A DNA stretch of 62,571 nt, filler included. It is 6 parts of 6 records of this genome, joined end to end, with 100 filler letters (N's around TTAATTAATTAA, not from the genome) between each part and the next. Parts side by side here need not be neighbours in the genome. Positions count along the whole stretch, not along the records: positions 56,971 to 62,571 come from DRR723986_20405; 5 more parts are not named here. One strand, given 5' to 3'. Below the pieces are notes generated by a model that was given only the letters and a program-made list of their open reading frames with translations, had not been told where the DNA came from and searched no databases. Positions 56,971 to 62,571 of this stretch are shown piece by piece. Within the stretch, counting starts at the first letter, position 1. Each line of letters opens with the position of its first letter. A program made the position numbers and the translations under genes.

Positions 56971-58171
56971 CCGCCAGAGCGGCTGCCGAGCCACAGGAGT
57001 GGGTCCAGCCCAGGGTACCATGACCGGTGTTGAGGTACAGATTGCTGAAGTGGCTTTTACCGATGTAGGGCACATTGGATGGCGTTGCTGGCCGCAAGCC
57101 GGTCCAGAATTCGGCTTGATCCCAATAGCCAGCCTCGGGCATGACTTCCGCAGCCCGACGGACAATCGCCCGACAACGGTTAAAGTTCAGGTCGCGACGG
57201 TAACCATTCAGTTCTGCTGTGCCAGCGACACGCATTCGGTCGCCCAGGCGCGAGTAAACCAGCTTGTATTCATCGTCGGTCAGGCTGACGTTAAAGGCCG
57301 CTTCTTCGTTTTTCACCGGCACGGTAATAGAGTAGCCCTTGGCCGGATAGATATTCAGGAACATCCCGAGCTGGCGGGCAAGTACCGCACTGAAACTGCC
57401 CAGGCTCAACACATAGCTGTCCGCCCGAAGGGTGTGGTGTTTGCCGTCCTTGAGCGCCAGCACTCCAAGGATCCGGTCACCCGCGCGACCAAAACCCAGC
57501 ACTTCGGTGCCGTATTCAAAAGCCACCCCGGCTTCTTTACATTTCTCAGCCAGAGCCTGGGTAAACTTTCGGGCATCGCCGCTTTCGTCATCGGCGGTGT
57601 AAGTCGCGCCGGCAATACGATGACGGATCGGTTCAAGGGCCGGCTCCAGCTCAACCGCACGACCAGCATCGATAACCTGACGGTCACAGCCCAGATCACG
57701 CATGATGCGGGAAGGTTCCAGAGCCGCATCGAATTCGGCAGGGTTGGTGTAGAAATGCAGAATGCCCTTGGCTAACTGGTCATAATCGAGATTCAGTTCG
57801 TCTCGCAGTGACTGCAGGCATGTACGGCTGTAAGTGCCAAGATTGACCATCTGGCGGATATTATGGGCGGCTTTGGCAGAGGTACACTGAGCCAGGAACG
57901 ACAGCGCCCAGCGCCACTGGTAAAGATCTATCCGCGGCCGGAACAACAGTGGGGCATCCGGCTGGAAAAGCCATTTTGCGACTTTCAGGGGCGCCGAAGG
58001 ATTGGCCCACGGCTCGGCATGGGACACCGATACCTGCCCGCCATTGGCGTAGCTGGTTTCCAGCCCTGACTGGTTCTGTCGGTCGACCACGGTTACCTGG
58101 TGCCCCTGTTTCTGCAGGTACCACGCGGTGGTGATACCAACGACGCCTGCCCCAAGTACCGCTATGTGCAT
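56971..58171 (-). CDS. dadA: D-amino acid dehydrogenase (3' truncated)
   Basis: GAGVVG, ETSYANGG, YPAKGYS, GLRPATP and NTGHGTLGWT motifs. Confidence 0.92.
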
Positions 58172-58213
58172 GCCTGCCTCCCCTGATTGATCAACTGTGG
58201 TAGTTTCAGAACG

Positions 58214-58573
58214 TTAGCCGCCCGCGCGCTTGACGGTCCAGCCTTTCTGCTCCAGTAACGGCACCAGAATATCTCGCTGGTCGCCCTGTATCTCCACCAC
58301 GCCGTCTTTTACTGTACCACCTGTACCGCATTTGGCCTTTAGCTGTTTGGCGTAGGCTTTCAGTTCTTTGTCGTCGAGCGGAATACCGGTCACCAGGGTC
58401 ACGCCCTTGCCTTTGCGCCCCTTTGTCTCCCGGCTGACGCGCACAACACCGTCTCCGGCCGGCCTCGGCGCTCCCCGGCAGGTGCAGTCATCCACCGGGT
58501 TACGGCACTCCGGGCACATCCGCCCCTGGTCCGTGGAGAACACAAGGCCGCCCTTGCGCTTGTTCATACCCAT
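58214..58573 (-). CDS. yciH: Translation initiation factor SUI1 family protein
   Basis: RETKGRKGKGVT and LKAKCGTGGTVKDG.VEIQGD motifs. Confidence 0.95.
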   Translation of the reverse strand: MGMNKRKGGLVFSTDQGRMCPECRNPVDDCTCRGAPRPAGDGVVRVSRETKGRKGKGVTLVTGIPLDDKELKAYAKQLKAKCGTGGTVKDGVVEIQGDQRDILVPLLEQKGWTVKRAGG

Positions 58574-58593
58574 GATTACGCCTTTATCTGCAA

Positions 58594-59121
58594 TCAGTTC
58601 AGGCCCGGAGGGTATTTGGAAAACATTTCCGAGACAACCTCGTCAATCAGTTTCCGACGGGTTTCCGGCGACTGGTTTTCATTGAGATAGCGTCGACTCG
58701 CGGCTTGCCAGACCACTTCCTCGGTGGTCCGATCAACCATTCTCACCACCAGTTTGCCCTCGGTTACCTCTCGCACTGGTGGCGGCGATGAGAGGCCCCA
58801 GCCGAAGTTGCCATGGCCGAACCCGAACCCCAGGCCAACGCCTACCTGCTCAAGCCGTTCCTCGGCCACAATCTGCCAGCTGATCAGAAGAGCAGCTTCA
58901 GTTTCCGTCACTTTTTTCATGGCCTTCCGGTTCAGCTCGCGCTCTACCGCGTCCCGAACCCGGGCGTCATCCAGCGAGGTGAAACCAGAGTCCTGGGCGT
59001 TGCTGGCAAAGGCCCAACTGCTGTAATTGCCAAAAACGGTGGCTGGATTGTAGTCGGTCACCACATTGCTGGCACAGCCGGTTATGGCCAACGCCAAAGC
59101 AGCGATCATGATAATACGCAT
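58594..59121 (-). CDS. DUF4136 family lipoprotein
   Basis: Lipobox ITG-C, DY...F..Y, G-rich GVGLGFGFG and EG.LVV.MVD....VVWQ motifs. Confidence 0.85.
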   Translation of the reverse strand: MRIIMIAALALAITGCASNVVTDYNPATVFGNYSSWAFASNAQDSGFTSLDDARVRDAVERELNRKAMKKVTETEAALLISWQIVAEERLEQVGVGLGFGFGHGNFGWGLSSPPPVREVTEGKLVVRMVDRTTEEVVWQAASRRYLNENQSPETRRKLIDEVVSEMFSKYPPGLN

Positions 59122-59192
59122 AGGCTTAACTCCGTTGTTCCCATATGTCTCCAGTATACGCGTGCCCAGGGCTACCGGCCTGCCTCAGTCAG

Positions 59193-59798
59193 TCAGGTTT
59201 CAAAACGGTAATCCATCTTCTGGGACTCACAAAAAGCGCTGAAGTCCTGTTGCTGAGCCACAGGCAAGGAAACGCTGGCTGTCACCCGCGTAGTATAGGA
59301 AATCGCGTCGATACGCCCTTCATGCCCGTCGCACCAGTGCCGCAGCGGTTGCTCATCGGCAAACCCGAACTGCACCGTTGCCTGCACACGTGCCTGCTGC
59401 ACCACGCGATCAACGGCGGACAAGACACTTTCAGCGGCGCCGGCATAGGCCCGAACCAGGCCACCGGCTCCAAGCTTGATACCACCAAAATAGCGGATAA
59501 CGATCACCAGTACGTCGCCCATATCCTTGTGCTGAATCACGCCCAGAATGGGTTTGCCGGCGGTTCCGGAAGGCTCACCATCATCATTCATGGCAGCCTC
59601 GGCCGCAGAGCCGGGCCGGCCGATCTGATACCCCCAGCAGACATGACGGGCATCGGGGTAGTCGCGGTGGGCCTGGTCAACGTATGTTCGTACGTCGTCC
59701 CGGTCACTGACGGGATACACTCGGGCAATAAAACGGCTTTTCTTCACTTCCGTTTCCCGCTCAAGGTATCCTGCAGGAATCGGGTAATCCTTACTCAT
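59193..59798 (-). CDS. yigZ: IMPACT family protein YigZ
   Basis: EVKKSRFIA, ARHVCW, DDGEPSGTAG and RYFGGIKLGAGGLVRAY motifs. Start set at MSKDYP. Confidence 0.95.
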   Translation of the reverse strand: MSKDYPIPAGYLERETEVKKSRFIARVYPVSDRDDVRTYVDQAHRDYPDARHVCWGYQIGRPGSAAEAAMNDDGEPSGTAGKPILGVIQHKDMGDVLVIVIRYFGGIKLGAGGLVRAYAGAAESVLSAVDRVVQQARVQATVQFGFADEQPLRHWCDGHEGRIDAISYTTRVTASVSLPVAQQQDFSAFCESQKMDYRFET

Positions 59799-59808
59799 GG
59801 GCGATCCT

Positions 59809-60015
59809 ATGACGACCGAAGATAACGAACAGACCCAACCCGGGACCGCGGCCCCTGCACGGATACGCAAGGCCGCCTGCGGCATCCGGTTTGATGAGGA
59901 CGAGCTGCAGGAAGGCATTGATTTTTCTGCCGCCAGCAAGCTGAAACCGGACAGTGACAACGCACCGGATCAAAGCCCGAGCGCCGATTCCTCAGCCTCC
60001 GACAAAGACCGGTAG
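59809..60015 (+). CDS. Small acidic hypothetical protein (68 aa)
   Basis: Fills the gap between yigZ and the kinase, with GC3-rich codons like its neighbours and the core KAACGIRFDEDEL. Confidence 0.45.
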   Translation: MTTEDNEQTQPGTAAPARIRKAACGIRFDEDELQEGIDFSAASKLKPDSDNAPDQSPSADSSASDKDR

Positions 60016-61311
60016 CTCAAGGGTCACCTCCAGGCCACCCTCGTCCCGGTTGCGGGCACTGATGTGCCCGTCGTGGGCCTGAATGATATCACGGGCAATA
60101 GCGAGCCCCAGCCCCCAACCTTTGCCACCACGGGATTTGTCAGCCCGGAAAAACGGCTCAAACAAGTGTTGTAGCAGGTCTTCAGGAGCACCCGGTCCCT
60201 CATCAGCGATGATCAAACGGATTCTCTCATTGCCCGTGGACAGCGAGAGCTTCACCGATTTGCCCGGCGGCGTGTGGTCCAGGGCGTTTTGCAGCACGTT
60301 ATCAAACGCACGCTGCAATAAACTGCTGTCACCGAGCACAGACACCGCTTTGCTCTCCTCCGAGGCCACCAGTTTGCAGTCCACGCGCTGGTGCTCAGCA
60401 TAATCGGCGGCATCCTGAAGCACGTGATTGACCAGGACCATCGGCTTGACCGGCTCACGCGCCATATCACCGCCGTTCTCGGACACCCGGTACAGGGTCA
60501 GAATCTGGCCGGTCATGGTTTCCAGCCGCTCGTTCTGGCGCAGAATACTGGTCATCAATGCCTCATCGGCGCCGCTGTCCGAAGCCAGCTCAATCGCCAC
60601 CCGCTGCCGTGCCAGCGGAGTACGAAGATCGTGGGAGATATCCCGCAACAGCTGGTTCTGACGGTCCAGCAGCTGGCACAGCCGGTCTGTCATACCGTTA
60701 AATGCCGTCGCCAACTGGCCCACTTCATCACGGCGCCGGGCAATGCGACCAGCAACCCGCAGCCCAGTATCCCCCCCGGCAATCGCCCGGGCGGTTCCCT
60801 CCATGTGTCTCAACGGCCGCGAGACCATTCGCGCAATCCACCAACAGGCCAGGGAGATCAACAGGAACGCCAGCCCCATCTCCACAAACCGGAACATTCT
60901 CGGGTCCAGCCAACCATCGCCGCCCATCCGGGGCCAGGCAACTAGCTGATAGCCCTCCTGCAGATCCAGAACAGCTGGCTTGTGGGGGTACCAACCGGAC
61001 TGGATGCGTTCCCGAATCGCCCGGGGCAGTCGATGCTGGCCCTGCTCCTTTTCGATCAGCATCAGGTGCAAATCCAGACGTTCACCTTCCGAACGCAAAA
61101 AACGCCAGGCATCCCCCCGACCCCGCTGTTCACGAATGACTAGAGCTTCGCGAGCCAGTTCCTGTAAACCCACCTGGCGTTCAATCGCCTGCCGTTCCCG
61201 GTCCAACAGATAACGCGAGGCAAGGTGGCTGGCCACCACGGTTACCGCCATGGCCAGCCAGATGGATAGAAAAATCCGCCAGAACAGAGGAAACATGAAA
61301 CGCTTCATCAT
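59992..61311 (-). CDS. CpxA-like sensor histidine kinase
   Basis: LFWRIF N-terminus, 2 TM, HAMP, ISHDLRTPL, FEPFFR and GWGLGL motifs. Confidence 0.9.
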   Translation of the reverse strand: MMKRFMFPLFWRIFLSIWLAMAVTVVASHLASRYLLDRERQAIERQVGLQELAREALVIREQRGRGDAWRFLRSEGERLDLHLMLIEKEQGQHRLPRAIRERIQSGWYPHKPAVLDLQEGYQLVAWPRMGGDGWLDPRMFRFVEMGLAFLLISLACWWIARMVSRPLRHMEGTARAIAGGDTGLRVAGRIARRRDEVGQLATAFNGMTDRLCQLLDRQNQLLRDISHDLRTPLARQRVAIELASDSGADEALMTSILRQNERLETMTGQILTLYRVSENGGDMAREPVKPMVLVNHVLQDAADYAEHQRVDCKLVASEESKAVSVLGDSSLLQRAFDNVLQNALDHTPPGKSVKLSLSTGNERIRLIIADEGPGAPEDLLQHLFEPFFRADKSRGGKGWGLGLAIARDIIQAHDGHISARNRDEGGLEVTLELPVFVGG

Positions 61312-61994
61312 GTGGGTATCCGGTAGCTGTATCCCAGTCCTCGCACCGTCTCGATGCGGGGTGGGTCATCATTGCCCAGTTTCTTGCGAAGATTGCTGAT
61401 GTGCATATCCAGAGTGCGGTCGTAGGCCTCAAGGCGGCGCCCCAGCGCCCACTGCATGAGATCGGTCTTGCGGACCACGCTGCCGGCATGGGCCAGCAAC
61501 ACCTGAAGCACTTCATACTCGGTGCCCGTCAGTTCCAGGGGCGCGTCATTCTGGTAGATGCGGCGCTGACCGGGCTCCACCCGCAAGTCACCATAAGTCC
61601 GGCTGGCGTCCACCTCGGTTTTCTGATCCCAGGCGATACGACGAAGCAGGGCCTGAAGCCGCGCCACCAGCTCTCTGGGATTGCAGGGCTTGGGAATGTA
61701 ATCATCGGCGCCCACTTCAAAACCGACGATTCGGTCGGTTTCATCGCCACGGGCCGTCAACAGGATCACGGGTAGGTGCGTCTTGCCCCGAAGTTCCCTC
61801 AGAACATCCAGACCATTGATATCAGGCAGCATGATATCGAGCACCACAATGTCACAATCCTGGCCCAGAGCGAGAGCCAGTCCATCACGACCATTGGCGG
61901 CCTCACGCACACTGAAGCCCTGGCTGGCAAGGTAGCGGGCCAGCAGCTCCCGTAACTCATCGTCATCTTCAATCAACAGTATCCGGTTCTGCAT
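61308..61994 (-). CDS. CpxR-like OmpR family response regulator
   Basis: LDIMLP, GADDYIPKP, DRTLDMHISNLRKKL and TVRGLGY motifs. Confidence 0.93.
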   Translation of the reverse strand: MQNRILLIEDDDELRELLARYLASQGFSVREAANGRDGLALALGQDCDIVVLDIMLPDINGLDVLRELRGKTHLPVILLTARGDETDRIVGFEVGADDYIPKPCNPRELVARLQALLRRIAWDQKTEVDASRTYGDLRVEPGQRRIYQNDAPLELTGTEYEVLQVLLAHAGSVVRKTDLMQWALGRRLEAYDRTLDMHISNLRKKLGNDDPPRIETVRGLGYSYRIPT

Positions 61995-62065
61995 CGTCTT
62001 CTCTCTGGGATGTGCCGGTCACAGTCTAGCATGGCCATCCTGCAGCGCTGCGGGCGGTCTCCCGG

Positions 62066-62083
62066 CCTTTACCGAACCTTTAC
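62066..62083. promoter_or_regulatory. Putative CpxR box
   Basis: CCTTTAC direct repeat with an 11-bp period (GTAAA-N6-GTAAA on the minus strand), between the divergent cpxR-like and cpxP-like genes. Confidence 0.6.
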
Positions 62084-62160
62084 GTAGCCCTGACACCATC
62101 TGACGTTGCGCCGGCGTAGCATGGCCATCATCCATTGTGAACAACGACGAGGAAAGACCC

Positions 62161-62520
62161 ATGAAAGCAAAAACCACCCTGTTAACCGCCGGTGTACTGA
62201 TGGCAAGTCTGATGGCCGCCAGCCCGGCTGTTCTCGCGGAACGGCACGGCAAACACCACCAGAACGGCAAGTGGGACAAACAGGAACTGTGCGAGAACTT
62301 CCGTGAAGGCAAAGGCCCCTTTAACCGTGAAGAGCGCCAGACCGAGAGGGAAACGTACCGGGCAGAAATGGCCGATCGCCTGAAACTGAATGAGGAGCAG
62401 CGCCAGATCTGGGCGGAGATCCACCAGGAAAGACAGATCAAACAGGAAAAACGCATGAATCAGTGGCAGGAAAAAATGCAGCAACGCTGTAGCAACAGTG
62501 GGAAGCAAGACAAGGAGTGA
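62161..62520 (+). CDS. CpxP/Spy-like periplasmic protein
   Basis: Signal peptide (..PAVLA), LKLNEEQRQ (LTxxQ-like), and divergence from the cpxRA-like pair. Confidence 0.8.
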   Translation: MKAKTTLLTAGVLMASLMAASPAVLAERHGKHHQNGKWDKQELCENFREGKGPFNREERQTERETYRAEMADRLKLNEEQRQIWAEIHQERQIKQEKRMNQWQEKMQQRCSNSGKQDKE

Positions 62521-62571
62521 TCAAATGGCGGGTTCTGGCGTATGGTAGAAGGTATTCGTCAACGACCTGAA

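Noticed and set aside
59799-59960. Long N-terminal extension of YigZ given by the ORF track
   Set aside because: YigZ homology starts at MSKDYP (59798). The extension is low-information and overlaps a plausible plus-strand small ORF.

Overview
The window is not one locus. It joins six unrelated contigs with 100-nt artificial spacers (44 N + TTAATTAATTAA + 44 N): 1-17666, 17767-25219, 25320-33710, 33811-42835, 42936-56870 and 56971-62571, so nothing should be inferred across a spacer. Contig 1 looks like a marine gammaproteobacterium: tRNA-Asp 3' end, nadK, rhomboid, pepN, cysH, pyrD and a two-component cluster that includes a His-less pseudo-kinase. Contig 3 looks like a Rhodobacteraceae segment: an AraC/cupin/FMO/hydrolase cluster with a frameshifted FMO, then lepB-rnc-era-recO. 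Contig 6 looks Marinobacter-like: dadA, yciH, yigZ and a cpxRA/cpxP-like set. Contigs 2, 4 and 5 may come from one FCB-group-like organism (inference from gene style only). The strongest candidate for an undescribed system starts contig 5 and is missed by the ORF track. There, at least two tandem small genes encode acidic, Ser/Thr-rich, Cys-free peptides ending in the same LESMWSFEA; the complete copy has a double-glycine-type leader. They are followed by a terminator, an intact C39 peptidase-ABC exporter and a HlyD-family adaptor, with a convergent soluble TPR histidine kinase next door. This suggests a peptide export or signalling (RiPP- or pheromone-like) system. The second highlight is on contig 2: an XRE-HTH protein fused to a histone-H1-like APK repeat with AT-hook-like motifs, downstream of an intergenic array of TGTGAAT (DnaA-box-like) repeats. 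All family calls are by motif recognition; no searches were run.
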